Shown here: in pieces, positions 50,220-61,323 of the stretch | Numbering within the stretch: the first letter of the stretch is position 1 | Layout: every line of letters begins with the position of its first letter | DNA from: Pseudonocardia sp. DSM 110487 | Lineage (GTDB): Bacteria > Actinomycetota > Actinomycetes > Mycobacteriales > Pseudonocardiaceae | DNA length: 64,000 nt | Direction: 5' to 3' | NCBI RefSeq assembly: GCF_019468565.1 | Contig: NZ_CP080521.1 | Location: 9,651,214-9,715,213 of the forward strand | The notes under the pieces: generated by a model | Databases searched by the model: none | What the model saw: only the letters and a program-made list of their open reading frames with translations | What the model was told of the DNA's origin: nothing | Position numbers and translations under genes: made by a program

Positions 50220-51632
50220 ATGACACCAGGCGAACGGTTCACCCGCCGGGTCCGCACCGCGCTCCGCCGCGAGGCGCACGGGTTCCTGCACGCAGGCCCG
50301 CCCACGGTGCAGCTGATGCGGCCGCTCGGCCCGAGAGTGCCGGACGACGCGCGGGTGCAGCAGGTCCTCGACCTGTGCATGCGCGTGGGCGAGGTGCTGC
50401 TGTCGAGCGGCGAGAGCGTGGACGAGACCTCGCAGACGATGACCCGGCTGGCCGCAACGGCGGGCCTGTCGGCGGTGGATGTCGACATCACGTTCAGCTC
50501 GATCACGATGTGCTGCCACCGGGGCATGGCGGCGGCGCCGGTCACGTCCATGCGGCTGGTCAACTACCGGGCGCTCGACCTCACGCGGCTGGAGGAGGTC
50601 GCCAAGATCGTCGAGCGCGTGGAGCGGGCCGAACTCGACATCGAGGCGGCGTCCGCGGCGCTCTCCGACGCGGTCAGCGCGCCGCACCCGTACCCGCGGT
50701 GGATCGCCACCGCCGGCTGGGCCGGACTCGCGGCATCCGTCGCGTTCCTCCTCGGCGCCGCACCGGTCACGGCGGTGGCGGCGTTCCTCGTCACCGGGCT
50801 CATCGACCGGCTCGGCCGGCTGCTGAACCGGTGGGGGCTGGCCGCGTTCTTCCGGCAGGTGGTCGGCGGGCTGGTCGCCACGGGAGCGACGCTCGCGTTG
50901 TTCGCCGTCGGTGTGTTCCCGCCGGGCACCGGACCGTCGCTGGTGGTCGCAGCGAACATCACGGTGTTGCTCTCCGGGCTGTCGGTCGTCAGCACCGTGC
51001 AGGACGCGATCTCGGGCTACTACGTGACGGCAGCCGGCCGCGTGGCGGAGATCGCCCTGCTCTCCGCGGGCCTGCTCACCGGCGTCGTCCTGGCATTGCG
51101 GATCGGGATCACGTTCGGCGTTCAGCTCGAGGTGGCCGGTGAGCTGCCCACCGGCGCCGGGCAGTTCAGCCTCTCCGTGCTCGCGGCCGCGCTGGCCGCC
51201 GCATCGTTCTCGCTGGCCGGTTACGCGCGGTGGCGGCCGCTGCTCGCGGCCGGGCTCGCGGGAGCAGCCGGTTGGGGCACGTACGGCGTGCTCACACAGG
51301 TCCTGGAGATCGGGGCGATCGCGTCCACCGGGGCCGCCGCGATCGTGGTGGGGATCGCCACCGGCCTGCTCCGCAGGGGTGGTGGCATCTCGCCGCTCGT
51401 CGTCACGCTCGCCGGCATCACCCCCTTGCTGCCGGGTTTCACGGCCTATCGCGGCTTCTACCAGCTCTCGGTCGAGGGCCTTGCCGACGGTCTGGTCACG
51501 GTGACGGTCGCGCTCGGCATCGGGCTCGCGCTGGCGGCCGGCGTCGCGTTCGGCGACTTCGTGGCGAGGCCGCGGCGCCCGGCCACTCCCGCCATCGTGG
51601 AATCACCACCACCGGAGCCGGACCGGCAGTAG
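50220..51632 (+). CDS. threonine/serine exporter (ThrE) family protein (DUF1212 + DUF3815)
   Basis: 470 aa with a cytoplasmic N-domain followed by about 10 TM helices, matching ThrE-family topology. Divergent from tRNA-Thr. Confidence 0.75.
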   Translation: MTPGERFTRRVRTALRREAHGFLHAGPPTVQLMRPLGPRVPDDARVQQVLDLCMRVGEVLLSSGESVDETSQTMTRLAATAGLSAVDVDITFSSITMCCHRGMAAAPVTSMRLVNYRALDLTRLEEVAKIVERVERAELDIEAASAALSDAVSAPHPYPRWIATAGWAGLAASVAFLLGAAPVTAVAAFLVTGLIDRLGRLLNRWGLAAFFRQVVGGLVATGATLALFAVGVFPPGTGPSLVVAANITVLLSGLSVVSTVQDAISGYYVTAAGRVAEIALLSAGLLTGVVLALRIGITFGVQLEVAGELPTGAGQFSLSVLAAALAAASFSLAGYARWRPLLAAGLAGAAGWGTYGVLTQVLEIGAIASTGAAAIVVGIATGLLRRGGGISPLVVTLAGITPLLPGFTAYRGFYQLSVEGLADGLVTVTVALGIGLALAAGVAFGDFVARPRRPATPAIVESPPPEPDRQ

Positions 51633-51661
51633 GCTCGTGCGCAGATCGCACGAGGAGGAAC

Positions 51662-53089
51662 ATGCCGTCCGGCACCGCGCAGTCCGCTGATTTCGTGGTT
51701 GTGGCCAATCGCCTACCGGTCGACCTGGAGAAGCTGCCCGACGGCACCCAGCGCTGGAAGCGCAGCCCGGGTGGTCTCGTCACCGCTCTCGAACCGATGC
51801 TGCGCAGCCGCGACGGCGCGTGGGTCGGCTGGCCGGGCCTCGCCGACGCCGACGTCGAGCCGCTCGTCGAGGACGGTCTGCACCTGCACCCCGTGCGCCT
51901 GTCGGCGCAGGAGGTCGAGGAGTACTACGAGGGCTTCTCCAACGGCACCCTCTGGCCGCTCTACCACGACGTGGTGGCCCCGCCCGCGTTCCATCGCCAC
52001 TGGTGGCAGGCCTACGTGCGGGTCAACCAGCGCTTCGCCGAGGTCGTGGCACAGGTTGCGGCACAAGGTGCCACCGTCTGGGTGCAGGACTACCAGCTGC
52101 AACTGCTCCCGGCAGCCCTGCGCGAGCTGCGCCCCGACCTGCGGATCGGGTTCTTCCTGCACATCCCCTTCCCGCCCACCGAGCTGTACATGCAGCTGCC
52201 GTGGCGCAGGCGGATCGTGGAAGGCCTGCTCGGCGCCGACCTCGTCGGCTTCCACACCCCCGGCGGCGCCCGCAACTTCCGCTGGCTCGCCACGAGGCTC
52301 GCAGGCGCCAGCCCTGGCCACGGGCGTACCGAGGTCGTGGTCGGCGGGCGCACGGTCAAGCTGGGTGCGTTCCCGATCTCCATCGACTCGGGCAACCTCG
52401 ACCGGTTGTCGCGCAGCGCCGAGGTGCTGGAGCGCGCGAAGCAGATCCGCTCCGACCTCGGCGAACCGGAGCGCGTGGTGCTCGGCGTCGATCGGCTGGA
52501 CTACACCAAGGGCATCGACGTCCGGCTGCGCGCCTTCGAGGAGCTGCTGGCCGAGGATCGCATCAGCGCCGACGACACCGTGATGATCCAGCTCGCCACC
52601 CCGAGCCGCGAACGCGTCGAGCACTACCAGAAGATGCGCAACGACATCGAGCAGGCCGTCGGGCGCATCAACGGCGAGTACGCCCGCGTCGGGCACCCCG
52701 CCGTGCACTACCTGCACCAGTCGCTCCCGCGGGACGAGCTGGTCGCGTTCTTCGTGGCGGCCGACGTCATGCTCGTCACGCCGCTGCGCGACGGCATGAA
52801 CCTCGTCGCCAAGGAGTACGTGGCGTGCCGCCACGACAACGGCGGCGTGCTCGTTCTGTCGGAGTTCGCAGGGGCCGCCCTCGAGCTCAAGGACGCACTG
52901 CTGGTCAACCCGCACGACACCGACGGCGTCAAGAACGCGCTCCACGCCGCCCTGACGATCGGCCGGGATGATGGCCGCAGGCGGATGCGGGCGCTGCGCC
53001 GGCAGGTGCTGAGCCACGACGTCGATCGGTGGGCCCGCACTTTCCTCGACGCGCTCGGGCTCCCGCCCACCGAGAAGGCCGAGCGATGA
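51662..53089 (+). CDS. otsA: alpha,alpha-trehalose-phosphate synthase OtsA
   Basis: GT20 signature (…[11 protein letters not shown]…WVQDYQL…GFFLHIPFP…). RBS GAGGAGG. Confidence 0.9.
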   Translation: MPSGTAQSADFVVVANRLPVDLEKLPDGTQRWKRSPGGLVTALEPMLRSRDGAWVGWPGLADADVEPLVEDGLHLHPVRLSAQEVEEYYEGFSNGTLWPLYHDVVAPPAFHRHWWQAYVRVNQRFAEVVAQVAAQGATVWVQDYQLQLLPAALRELRPDLRIGFFLHIPFPPTELYMQLPWRRRIVEGLLGADLVGFHTPGGARNFRWLATRLAGASPGHGRTEVVVGGRTVKLGAFPISIDSGNLDRLSRSAEVLERAKQIRSDLGEPERVVLGVDRLDYTKGIDVRLRAFEELLAEDRISADDTVMIQLATPSRERVEHYQKMRNDIEQAVGRINGEYARVGHPAVHYLHQSLPRDELVAFFVAADVMLVTPLRDGMNLVAKEYVACRHDNGGVLVLSEFAGAALELKDALLVNPHDTDGVKNALHAALTIGRDDGRRRMRALRRQVLSHDVDRWARTFLDALGLPPTEKAER

Positions 53090-53841
53090 CCGACCTCCGC
53101 GCGGCCGTGCAGGCACTCGCCCACGCACCCCGCCTGCTCGTGGCCCTCGACTTCGACGGCGTGCTCGCCCCGATCGTCTCCGTTCCGTCGGACGCCCGGC
53201 CGCTCCCGGAAAGCGCGGCCGCCCTCGAGGAGCTCGTGGGCCTGCCCGGCACCGCGGTCGCGCTGCTTTCCGGCCGCGGCCGGGCCGACCTGGCCGCCGT
53301 CTCCGGGTTCGGCAGCCCGATCCGGCTGATCGGTAGCCACGGCAGCGAGTTCGACGACGACGGCGCATCCCTGCTCGACGACGAGCAGCGTGCGCGTCTC
53401 GACCGCCTGGCGGCCGAGCTGCGAGAACTCGTCGGCGGGGAGCAGGGGGTCACGCTGGAGACGAAGCCCGCGGGCGTGGCCGTGCACGTCCGCAACGCGC
53501 CTCCCGAGGTGGGCACCCGCGTGCTCGACGCCGTACGCGCCGGGCCGGCCGCATGGGACGGGATCGAGGCCACCCCGGGCAAGGCGGTGCTCGACCTGTC
53601 GGTCGCCCGGATGGACAAGGGCGCTGCGCTCGACCTGCTCCGCGAGCGCGAGGCGGCCGACGCCGTGCTGTTCGCGGGCGACGACGTCACCGACGAGACG
53701 GCGTTCGCCCGGCTGCGGCCCGGTGACGTGGGCGTGAAGGTCGGCCCGGGCGACACGGCCGCACAGCACCGGGTGGACGCCCCACCCGACATCACCACGC
53801 TGCTACAGCAGCTGGTCGAGACCCGCAGGCGCCGGGCATGA
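53086..53841 (+). CDS. otsB: trehalose-6-phosphate phosphatase OtsB
   Basis: HAD motif [15 protein letters not shown] overlaps the otsA stop (ATGA). Confidence 0.85.
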   Translation: MTDLRAAVQALAHAPRLLVALDFDGVLAPIVSVPSDARPLPESAAALEELVGLPGTAVALLSGRGRADLAAVSGFGSPIRLIGSHGSEFDDDGASLLDDEQRARLDRLAAELRELVGGEQGVTLETKPAGVAVHVRNAPPEVGTRVLDAVRAGPAAWDGIEATPGKAVLDLSVARMDKGAALDLLREREAADAVLFAGDDVTDETAFARLRPGDVGVKVGPGDTAAQHRVDAPPDITTLLQQLVETRRRRA

Positions 53842-53913
53842 TCACGGCCTCGGTGCGCCGACGGCCACATACGGCCGGGGACGCACCCGTCCGCTGATCA
53901 TCCAGCAGCGTAT

Positions 53914-53928
53914 CTTGTCAATGACAAG
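53914..53928. promoter_or_regulatory. perfect palindrome CTTGTCA-a-TGACAAG upstream of the TetR gene (candidate operator)
   Basis: 7-1-7 inverted repeat, 20 nt upstream of the tetR-family start. Confidence 0.4.
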
Positions 53929-53948
53929 ACCTGGGGTAGGGTGGTCGG

Positions 53949-54509
53949 ATGCCCTACCACCACGGTGACCTTCGCCGCGCCTTGCTCGACACCGCGCTCG
54001 AGGCCATCGGGGAACAGGGACCAGCCGCGGTGAGCCTGCGCGACGTCGCCCGGCGCGCGGGCGTCTCGCACGCCGCGCCGACGCACCACTTCCGCGACAA
54101 GACCGCCCTGCTCACGACGCTCGCGGCGGAGGGATGGTCGCTGCTCGCCGACTCCTTGCGCGAGGCGGCCGTGGCCGGGGGTGACTTCGCCGAGCTCGGG
54201 GTGGCGTACGTCGTGTTCGCCACCTCCCACCCCGCCCACTTCGCGGTGATGCGGGCACCCGGCCTGGCCCGGGCCGACGACCCCGAGCTGGAGGCCGCGA
54301 TGGGGCGGGCGCGCGTCCAGCTGGAATCGGGCGTGCAGCGGTTCGAGGCGAGCAGCACGCGCGACACCACCATCACGGCACTGACCGCGTGGTCACTGGT
54401 GCACGGCCTTGCCGCCCTGCTCCTGGAAGGCGCGGTACCGCTGAAGCCGGACACCGACGTGGCAGAGCTCGCGAGGGCCGTGACAGCGCGCCTGCGCCCC
54501 CCGGCCTGA
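53949..54509 (+). CDS. TetR/AcrR-family transcriptional regulator
   Basis: HTH region LRDVARRAGVSHAAPTHHFRDK. Confidence 0.85.
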   Translation: MPYHHGDLRRALLDTALEAIGEQGPAAVSLRDVARRAGVSHAAPTHHFRDKTALLTTLAAEGWSLLADSLREAAVAGGDFAELGVAYVVFATSHPAHFAVMRAPGLARADDPELEAAMGRARVQLESGVQRFEASSTRDTTITALTAWSLVHGLAALLLEGAVPLKPDTDVAELARAVTARLRPPA

Positions 54510-54523
54510 TCCGCCGAACGGTC

Positions 54524-55627
54524 TCACCAGCCAGAGAAGAAGCGCTCCTCCACGCGCGGGCGGCCGCTCGTCGAACCCACGATCAGCTCGGTGGGCAGCG
54601 TCACGCGGCGCGGGCGGTTGCGGTCGCCGCGCTCCAGGAGCAGCTCGCCCGCCACCCGCCCCTTCTCCAGCACCGGCTGGCGAACGGTGGTGAGACCCGC
54701 ACGCTCGGCCTCCGGCACCCCGTCGAAGCCGGTGACCGTGAGCTGGTCGGGCACGGCCAGGCCGCGGTGGGCGGCGTGCCCGAGCGCGCCGAGGGCGAGG
54801 ATGTCGGACGTGCAGACCAGGGCGGTGACGTCCGGGTGGGCCGCGAGCAGCGCCGCCGCCGCATCCTTGCCGGCGTCGACGCTGTGCTCGAAGCGCTCGT
54901 GGACGGGCACGTCGGCCCAGTCGACCCCCACCTCGGCGAGCCCGTCGCGGATGCCGGCGAGCCGGTCGCGCTGCACCGGGTAGGTGGCGTTCGCCTGCCG
55001 CTCCGGGGTGGCGGGGCCGTCGTTGTGGCCGGCCGCGAGGCGCATGCAGAGCACTCCGACGCGGCGGTGGCCGAGCGCGGTGAGATGCCGTGTGAGCGCG
55101 AGCATCCCCGCCCGGTCGTCGACGCCCACGCGGTCGACACCGTCAACGCCCATCGGCTGGTCGCACACGACGGTCGGCAGCGGCCGTTCGAGCACGGCGA
55201 GGAAGTGCGGGTCGTCCTCCCGCACCGAGTAGACGACGAACCCGTCGACACCGGCCTGGTGCACCGCCGTGACGTCCACCTGGTCGGGGCTGACCGGAAC
55301 GAGCAGCAAACCCTGCCCCGCCTGCTCGCACGCGAGCGCGAGCCCTTCGAGGAACCCGGTGGCGGCGGGGTCCCGGAACGCGTACGACAGCGCCTCGGTG
55401 AGCAACAGACCGACCGCGCCCGCCTTGCGGGTGCGCAGCGATCGCGCGACCGGGTCCGGCCCCGGGTAGCCGAGGCGCCGCGCCGCCTCGAGCACGCGGG
55501 CCCGCAAGGGCGCGGAGAGCTGGTCAGGACGGTTGTAGGCGTTCGACACCGTCGTCCGCGAGACACCGAGTTCGGCAGCGAGCGAGGCGAGAGTCGCGGG
55601 ACGGCGGACATTGGGAGGCCCTGCCAT
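54524..55627 (-). CDS. LacI-family transcriptional regulator
   Basis: N-terminal HTH (ATLASLAAELGVSRTTVSNAYN) plus a periplasmic-binding-fold sugar-sensor domain. The ORF-track N-terminal extension to 56767 is an artefact antisense to znuA. Confidence 0.85.
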   Translation of the reverse strand: MAGPPNVRRPATLASLAAELGVSRTTVSNAYNRPDQLSAPLRARVLEAARRLGYPGPDPVARSLRTRKAGAVGLLLTEALSYAFRDPAATGFLEGLALACEQAGQGLLLVPVSPDQVDVTAVHQAGVDGFVVYSVREDDPHFLAVLERPLPTVVCDQPMGVDGVDRVGVDDRAGMLALTRHLTALGHRRVGVLCMRLAAGHNDGPATPERQANATYPVQRDRLAGIRDGLAEVGVDWADVPVHERFEHSVDAGKDAAAALLAAHPDVTALVCTSDILALGALGHAAHRGLAVPDQLTVTGFDGVPEAERAGLTTVRQPVLEKGRVAGELLLERGDRNRPRRVTLPTELIVGSTSGRPRVEERFFSGW

Positions 55628-55631
55628 CGTC

Positions 55632-55646
55632 GAACCGTAACGGTTC
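55632..55646. promoter_or_regulatory. perfect 15-nt palindrome GAACCGTAACGGTTC abutting the LacI start (candidate operator)
   Basis: Inverted repeat seen directly. A second AACGGTT core lies about 70 nt further into the LacI/znuA intergenic region. Confidence 0.4.
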
Positions 55647-55759
55647 AGACACTCCACGGGAAACTCGTGTGACACGGCCCTCCGAACAGGCGCCACCCGA
55701 ACGGCTAGAGTGAATCGACAACGGTTATCAATTCGATCGACTCGGGGAGTGCATCCGCC

Positions 55760-56737
55760 ATGCCGTTCCGCCGCGCTGCCGTCGCCGCGCTCGCCGTGCT
55801 CACCGTCGCGGGCTGCGGCTCCGCCACCCAGACGCCCGCAGCCGCCCCACCCGCCGAGGACGCGGCCGTGCCGGTCGTCGCCTCCACGAACGTCTACGGC
55901 AGCATCGTCGAAGCCGTCGGCGGCGACCACGTCACCGTCGACTCGCTGATCGACGATCCCGCCGCCGATCCCCACTCCTACGAGAGCACGCCCGCCGATG
56001 CCGCAGCCGTGGCCAAGGCCAAGCTCGTCGTAGTCAACGGCGGTGGCTACGACGACTTCCTCCCGCGGCTCGTGGAGTCCTCGGGAGCGAACCCGACCGT
56101 CGTCGACGTAGCCGGCATCTCCGGCCTGGTTCCGGCGGAGGAGGAGCACGCCGCGGAGGAGGCGCCCGCCGAGGGCGAGGAGCACGAGCACGGCGAGTTC
56201 AACGAGCACTTCTGGTACAGCCTGCCCACCGTGCAGAAGGTCGCGACGCAGATCGCCACCGATCTCGCCGCCGCCGACCCGGCCGACGCCGCCGAGTTCA
56301 CGGCCAACGCGGATGCCTTCAACGCCCGCCTGGCGGAGCTGATCACCCGTGCCGAGGCGATCGGCAAGGCGCAGCCCGGCGCCCGGGTGGCGGTCACCGA
56401 GCCGGTGCCGGGCTACCTCGTGCAGACGGCAGGGCTCACCGACGCCACACCCCACGAGTTCACCGAGGCGATCGAGGAGGACACCGACCCGCCCGCCGCG
56501 GCGCTCCAGGAGACGCTCGCCCTGTTCTCCGGTGACCCGGTGCGCGCGCTCATCCTCAACGCGCAGACGGAGACCCCCAGCACCAACCAGGTTCGGGACG
56601 CGGCGCAGACTGCAGGGGTGCCCGTCGTCGAGATGACCGAGACCCTTCCCGAGGGCGTCCCGGACTACGCCACCTGGATGGGCGGCCAGATCGACGCCCT
56701 CGCAGGGGCTCTCGGCACACGCCCGTCCGGAAGCTGA
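55760..56737 (+). CDS. znuA: metal (zinc-type) ABC transporter substrate-binding lipoprotein
   Basis: Lipobox LTVAGCG. His/Glu-rich flexible loop (EEEHAAEEAPAEGEEHEHGEFNEHF) typical of ZnuA. Confidence 0.8.
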   Translation: MPFRRAAVAALAVLTVAGCGSATQTPAAAPPAEDAAVPVVASTNVYGSIVEAVGGDHVTVDSLIDDPAADPHSYESTPADAAAVAKAKLVVVNGGGYDDFLPRLVESSGANPTVVDVAGISGLVPAEEEHAAEEAPAEGEEHEHGEFNEHFWYSLPTVQKVATQIATDLAAADPADAAEFTANADAFNARLAELITRAEAIGKAQPGARVAVTEPVPGYLVQTAGLTDATPHEFTEAIEEDTDPPAAALQETLALFSGDPVRALILNAQTETPSTNQVRDAAQTAGVPVVEMTETLPEGVPDYATWMGGQIDALAGALGTRPSGS

Positions 56738-57588
56738 TGTCCATGGCCGCGCCTCCCACCACACCACCGGACGTCCCGACGCTGCCCGTCGCGACGCCCG
56801 CGGTGTCGCTGCGCGGGGCGCGCGTCAGCTTCGGCGACCGCACCCTGTGGGACGGGCTCGACCTCGACGTCGCCCCCGGCGAGTTCGTCACGGTGCTCGG
56901 CCCCAACGGCTCAGGCAAGACCACGCTCGTGCGCGTGCTGCTCGGCCTCCTCCCGCTCACGGCGGGCGAGGTGCGGATCGCCGGCCGGCCGCCGCGGCGC
57001 GGGAGCCCCGGCATCGGCTACGTCCCGCAGCAGAAGGCCCTCGATCCCGACCTCCCGCTACGCGGTCGCGACCTCGTCGGGCTCGGGCTCGACGGTCACC
57101 GCTTCGGCATCGGGTTCCGCGGCCGCCGGGAGCGCCGGGAGCGGGTGGACGCCGCGCTCGCCGCGGTCGGCGGCACCCCGTACGCCGACGCGCCCGTCGG
57201 CCGGCTCTCCGGCGGCGAGCAGCAGCGGCTTCGGGTGGCCCAGGCCCTGGTCGGTGGGCCGGACGTGCTGCTGTGCGACGAGCCGCTGCTCTCGCTCGAT
57301 CTGTCCCACCAGCGCACGGTCACCCGGCTCATCGACGAGCGGCGCCGGGCCGCCGGCACCTCGGTCCTGTTCGTCACGCACGAGATCAACCCGGTCCTCC
57401 CGCTCGTCGACCGCGTGCTCTACCTCGTGAACGGCCGGTTCCGGATCGGCCCGCCGGAGGAGGTCATGACCTCCGAGGTGCTATCGGAGCTCTACCGCAC
57501 CGAGGTGGACGTGCTGCGGGTCCGCGGGCGGCTGGTCGTCGTCGGGGCGGAGGACCACGGCGAGCACTGCCACGAGGAGTCGGCGTGA
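56737..57588 (+). CDS. znuC: metal ABC transporter ATP-binding protein
   Basis: Walker A GPNGSGKTT, signature LSGGEQQR, Walker B LLCDEP. Confidence 0.85.
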   Translation: MSMAAPPTTPPDVPTLPVATPAVSLRGARVSFGDRTLWDGLDLDVAPGEFVTVLGPNGSGKTTLVRVLLGLLPLTAGEVRIAGRPPRRGSPGIGYVPQQKALDPDLPLRGRDLVGLGLDGHRFGIGFRGRRERRERVDAALAAVGGTPYADAPVGRLSGGEQQRLRVAQALVGGPDVLLCDEPLLSLDLSHQRTVTRLIDERRRAAGTSVLFVTHEINPVLPLVDRVLYLVNGRFRIGPPEEVMTSEVLSELYRTEVDVLRVRGRLVVVGAEDHGEHCHEESA

Positions 57589-58439
57589 CCGAGCTGCTGG
57601 GCAGGCTGTTCTCGTTCGAGGACATCGGCGAGCTGCTCGCGCTGCCGTTCGTGCAGTCGGCGTTCATCGCCTGTGCCGTGCTCGGTCTCGTGGCGGGAGT
57701 GCTCGCACCGCTGATCGTCTCGCGCGGGATGTCCTTCGCCGTGCACGGCACGGCGGAGCTCTCCTTCACGGGCGGGGCGGCGGCGCTCCTCACCGGGATC
57801 GGCGTCGAGTTCGGCGCTGTCGCGGGCGCGGTCGTGGCGGCGCTCGTGTTCGGCTTCCTCGGGTTGCGGCAGCGCGAGCGCGACTCGGTGATAGGCGTGG
57901 TGCTCGCATTCGGCCTCGGCCTCGGGGTCCTGATGCTCGCGCTCTACCCCGGCCGCGCGTCGAACAAGTTCGGGCTGCTCACCGGCTCGATCGTGGCGGT
58001 CGACACCACGAACATCGCGGTGCTGAGTGTCGTGTCGGTGATCGTGATCGGCGCGCTCGCCGTGCTGTACCGGCCACTGCTGTTCGCCAGCACCGATCCC
58101 GACGTCGCCCTCGCCCGCGGCGTGCCAGCGCGGATGCTGTCGCTCGTGTTCGCCGTGATGATCGGGCTCACGACGGCACTCGTGGTGCCGATCGTCGGGG
58201 CGATCCTCGTGCTCACCGTGATGATCGTGCCGGGGGCCGCGGCCGCGCGAGTCACGGCCAACCCGGTTGTGGCCACGGTCCTCGCGGTGGCGTTCGCAGA
58301 GATCGCCCTGCTCGGCGGGATCCTGCTCTCGCTCGCGCCGGGCCTGCCTATCTCCGGCTACGTGGCCACGATCGCGTTCCTCACCTACGTGGCCTGCCGG
58401 GTGGTGGGCCGCAGGCGCCGCCAGGTGGCGGCGGCCTGA
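57585..58439 (+). CDS. znuB: metal ABC transporter permease
   Basis: GTG start overlaps the znuC stop (GTGA). 8 TM helices, ZnuB/MntB-like. Confidence 0.85.
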   Translation: MTELLGRLFSFEDIGELLALPFVQSAFIACAVLGLVAGVLAPLIVSRGMSFAVHGTAELSFTGGAAALLTGIGVEFGAVAGAVVAALVFGFLGLRQRERDSVIGVVLAFGLGLGVLMLALYPGRASNKFGLLTGSIVAVDTTNIAVLSVVSVIVIGALAVLYRPLLFASTDPDVALARGVPARMLSLVFAVMIGLTTALVVPIVGAILVLTVMIVPGAAAARVTANPVVATVLAVAFAEIALLGGILLSLAPGLPISGYVATIAFLTYVACRVVGRRRRQVAAA

Positions 58440-58440
58440 C

Positions 58441-59421
58441 TCAGCCGCGTCGGACCCGCCGCTGCCGGGCCACCTCGGCCAGCACCACACCCGCGGCCAC
58501 CGAGGCGTTCAGCGACTCGACCTGCCCCGCGAGCGGGATCGAGACTGTGACGTCGCAGGTCTCCTTGACCAGCCGGGACAGTCCCTTGCCCTCCGAACCG
58601 ATCACGAGCACGAGCGGGTCGGTGGCCATCTCGAAGTCGTCGAGCGAGACCGAGCCCTCCGCGTCGAGGCCGGCGATCATGAACCCGGCGGTGGCGTACT
58701 CCTTCAGCGTGCGGGTGAGGTTGGTGGCACGGGCCACCGGCACGCGGGCGGCGGTGCCCGCCGACGTGCGCCACGCGACGGCCGTCATGCCGGCGGCCCG
58801 CCGCTGCGGCACGACCACACCGTGCGCACCGAACGCGCCGACCGACCGCACCACGGCGCCGAGGTTGCGCGGGTCGGTGACGCCATCGAGCGCGACGATC
58901 AGCCCCGGGTCCGGCGACTCGCTCGCCGCCTCCAGCAGCTCGTCGGGGTGGGCGTAGGCGTACGGCGGCACCTGCAGCGCGATGCCCTGGTGCAGCGCTC
59001 CTCCGGTGATCCGGTCGAGGTCGCCCCTGGGAACCTCGAGGATCGAGATGCCGCGGTCGGCGGCGAGCTGGACGGCCTCGGCCACCCGCTCGTCGGCGTT
59101 CGTGCCCAGCGCCACGTGCAGCGCGGTGGCCGGCACCCCGGCGCGGAGGCATTCCACGACCGGGTTGCGACCGAGCACGGTCTCCGGGGTCTCGCCGTCG
59201 CCGGGACGCCGCTTGTCGCCGGCACGGCCGCCCTGCTTGGACTTGGTGTTGGCGGCGCGGGACGCCTTACGGGCAGCGGGGTGGCCGGGCCGCATCTCCG
59301 CGGGCGGCGTCGGGCCCTTGCCCTGCAGCGCGCGCCGCCGCTGGCCGCCGGACCCGACGACCATGCCCTTCTTGGTGCCCTCCTTGCGCATCGCTCCGCG
59401 GCGCTTGGAATTGCCGGCCAT
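58441..59421 (-). CDS. rlmB: 23S rRNA (guanosine-2'-O)-methyltransferase RlmB-like (SpoU/TrmH family)
   Basis: Basic N-terminal tail, SpoU_sub_bind and SpoU methylase motifs (…[14 protein letters not shown]…IGSEGKGLS…). Immediately downstream of cysS, as in mycobacteria. Confidence 0.8.
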   Translation of the reverse strand: MAGNSKRRGAMRKEGTKKGMVVGSGGQRRRALQGKGPTPPAEMRPGHPAARKASRAANTKSKQGGRAGDKRRPGDGETPETVLGRNPVVECLRAGVPATALHVALGTNADERVAEAVQLAADRGISILEVPRGDLDRITGGALHQGIALQVPPYAYAHPDELLEAASESPDPGLIVALDGVTDPRNLGAVVRSVGAFGAHGVVVPQRRAAGMTAVAWRTSAGTAARVPVARATNLTRTLKEYATAGFMIAGLDAEGSVSLDDFEMATDPLVLVIGSEGKGLSRLVKETCDVTVSIPLAGQVESLNASVAAGVVLAEVARQRRVRRG

Positions 59422-60846
59422 CTATCCGTCCTTCAAGGACCAGGTGGGTCCATCGGGTGAATCTTCCACTGCGATCCCTGCAGCGGTGAGGCGGTTGCGC
59501 AGCTCGTCGGCGGCGGCGAAGTCGCGGCGGGCCCGCGCCTCCTGACGCTGGACGAGGAGGTCCTCGACGAGCGCGGTGAGCGCGCCGGTGGCGCTGTCGG
59601 CCGAGCGGTCGTGCTCGGCCCAGTGCGGATCGAGCGGGTCGAGCCCGAGCAGGCCCGTCATCGCACGCACGGACCCGGCGGCGGCCAGTGCCGCGGCCCG
59701 GTCACCGCCGTCGAGCGCGGCGTTGCCATCCCGGACGGCGCCGTGGATGGCCGCGAGCGCGGCGGGCGTGCCGAGGTCGTCGTCCATTGCGGCGGTGAAC
59801 TCCGGCGACACGGCGCCCACCTCGGGGGCAGCGATCCGCTCCCGCACCCTGTGCACGAACGACTCGATGCGCCGGTACGCGGCCACCGCCTCCTGCAGCG
59901 CGGCGTCGGAGTACTCGATGGCCGAGCGGTAGTGCGGCCCCACCAGGTAGTAGCGCAGCTCCACCGGGCGCACCCGCTGCAGCAACGCCTCGATCGACAG
60001 CGTGTTGCCGAGCGACTTGGACATCTTCTCGCCGCCCATGGTGACCCAGGCGTTGTGCAGCCAGTAGCGGGCGAACGGATCGCCGGCCGCGTTGGACTGC
60101 GCCCGCTCGTTCTCGTGGTGGGGGAACACCAGGTCGAGCCCGCCGCCGTGGATGTCGAACTCGGGGCCGAGGTAGAAGGTGGCCATCGCCGAGCACTCGA
60201 GGTGCCAGCCGGGGCGCCCCCGGCCCCACGGGGTGGGCCATGACGGCTCCCCCGGCTTCGCCGCCTTCCACAGTGTGAAGTCCTGAGGGTCGCGCTTCGC
60301 GCCGCTCGTCCCCTCGCCCTGCGCGACGTCGTCGACCTTCTGGTGCGACAGCTCGCCGTAGGTGGGGAACGAGCGCACCGAGAAGTAGACGTCGCCGCCC
60401 GCGGGGTAGGCGTGGCCGCGCTCGATCAGCCGCTCGATCAGCTCGGCCATCTGAGTGACGTGGCCCGTGGCGCGCGGCTCCACGGACGCCGGGAGGCAGC
60501 CCAGCGCCTCGTAGGCGGCCGAGAACGCCCGCTCGTGGGTGGCGCCCCACTCCCACCACGGCCGACCGGCCTCCGCGGACTTGCGCAGGATCTTGTCGTC
60601 GATGTCGGTGACATTGCGCACCAGCGCGACGTCCAGCCCGCCGTGGGCGAGCCACCGGCGAAGCACGTCGTAGTTCAGGCTGGAGCGCACGTGCCCGATG
60701 TGCGGCAGACCCTGCACGGTGGCCCCACACACATACATCGACGCAGCCCCGGCCCGCAGGGGGACGAAGTCCCTCTGCATCCTCGTGGCGGTGTCGTGCA
60801 GGCGAAGGCTCACGACTCCAGGGTACGGAGCCGGTGTGGCGTGCAT
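59422..60846 (-). CDS. cysS: cysteine--tRNA ligase
   Basis: HIGH (PHIGH) and KMSKS motifs, and the zinc-binding Cys residues. I chose ATG at 60846 because …LRLHDTA…RDFVPL matches the mycobacterial CysS N-terminus. ATG at 60780 is the alternative. The ORF-track upstream extension is an artefact. Confidence 0.9.
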   Translation of the reverse strand: MHATPAPYPGVVSLRLHDTATRMQRDFVPLRAGAASMYVCGATVQGLPHIGHVRSSLNYDVLRRWLAHGGLDVALVRNVTDIDDKILRKSAEAGRPWWEWGATHERAFSAAYEALGCLPASVEPRATGHVTQMAELIERLIERGHAYPAGGDVYFSVRSFPTYGELSHQKVDDVAQGEGTSGAKRDPQDFTLWKAAKPGEPSWPTPWGRGRPGWHLECSAMATFYLGPEFDIHGGGLDLVFPHHENERAQSNAAGDPFARYWLHNAWVTMGGEKMSKSLGNTLSIEALLQRVRPVELRYYLVGPHYRSAIEYSDAALQEAVAAYRRIESFVHRVRERIAAPEVGAVSPEFTAAMDDDLGTPAALAAIHGAVRDGNAALDGGDRAAALAAAGSVRAMTGLLGLDPLDPHWAEHDRSADSATGALTALVEDLLVQRQEARARRDFAAADELRNRLTAAGIAVEDSPDGPTWSLKDG

Positions 60847-60897
60847 CGCGCGCGGTGTTCCGTTTCGTCCACGACGGGCGTCGGGGACCCCGCAACG

Positions 60898-61323
60898 ATG
60901 GACGGCATGAGTCAGTTGACAGCCCTCTACCCGCGGCTCGTCGTCGAAGGCGCCGATGCCGCCCTCGACTTCTACGCCCGCGCGCTCGGCGGCACCGTCA
61001 CCGAGCGCTACACCGGCCCCGACGGCCGTGTCGTGCACGCGATGGTGGAGGCGGGCCCGGCCCGCTTCGCCGTCAAGGACGCGGGCGACGGCGACCCGGC
61101 TCCCTCCGGCGAGGGAATTCCGGTGATCATGTCGCTCGACGTGTCCGATGCCGACGCCGTGGCCGAGCGCATGCTCGGCGCAGGCGCGACGGTGATCTTC
61201 CCGGTCGCCGACCGCGGGTACAGCTACGGCGGCCGCCTGCGTGACCCGTTCGGCCACCAGTGGCTGATCGCCCAGCACACCGGGAACCTCACGCCCGAGC
61301 AGATCCAGGAACGGGTCGGCTGA
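60898..61323 (+). CDS. VOC (glyoxalase/bleomycin-resistance) family protein
   Basis: 141 aa single VOC module. The 3' end overlaps the convergent SARP gene by about 35 nt. Confidence 0.7.
   Translation: MDGMSQLTALYPRLVVEGADAALDFYARALGGTVTERYTGPDGRVVHAMVEAGPARFAVKDAGDGDPAPSGEGIPVIMSLDVSDADAVAERMLGAGATVIFPVADRGYSYGGRLRDPFGHQWLIAQHTGNLTPEQIQERVG

Noticed and set aside
54524-56767. 747-aa 'fusion' ORF (LacI plus upstream extension)
   Set aside because: Only the C-terminal 367 aa are LacI. The extension is antisense to the znuA lipoprotein gene and has no start-site support.
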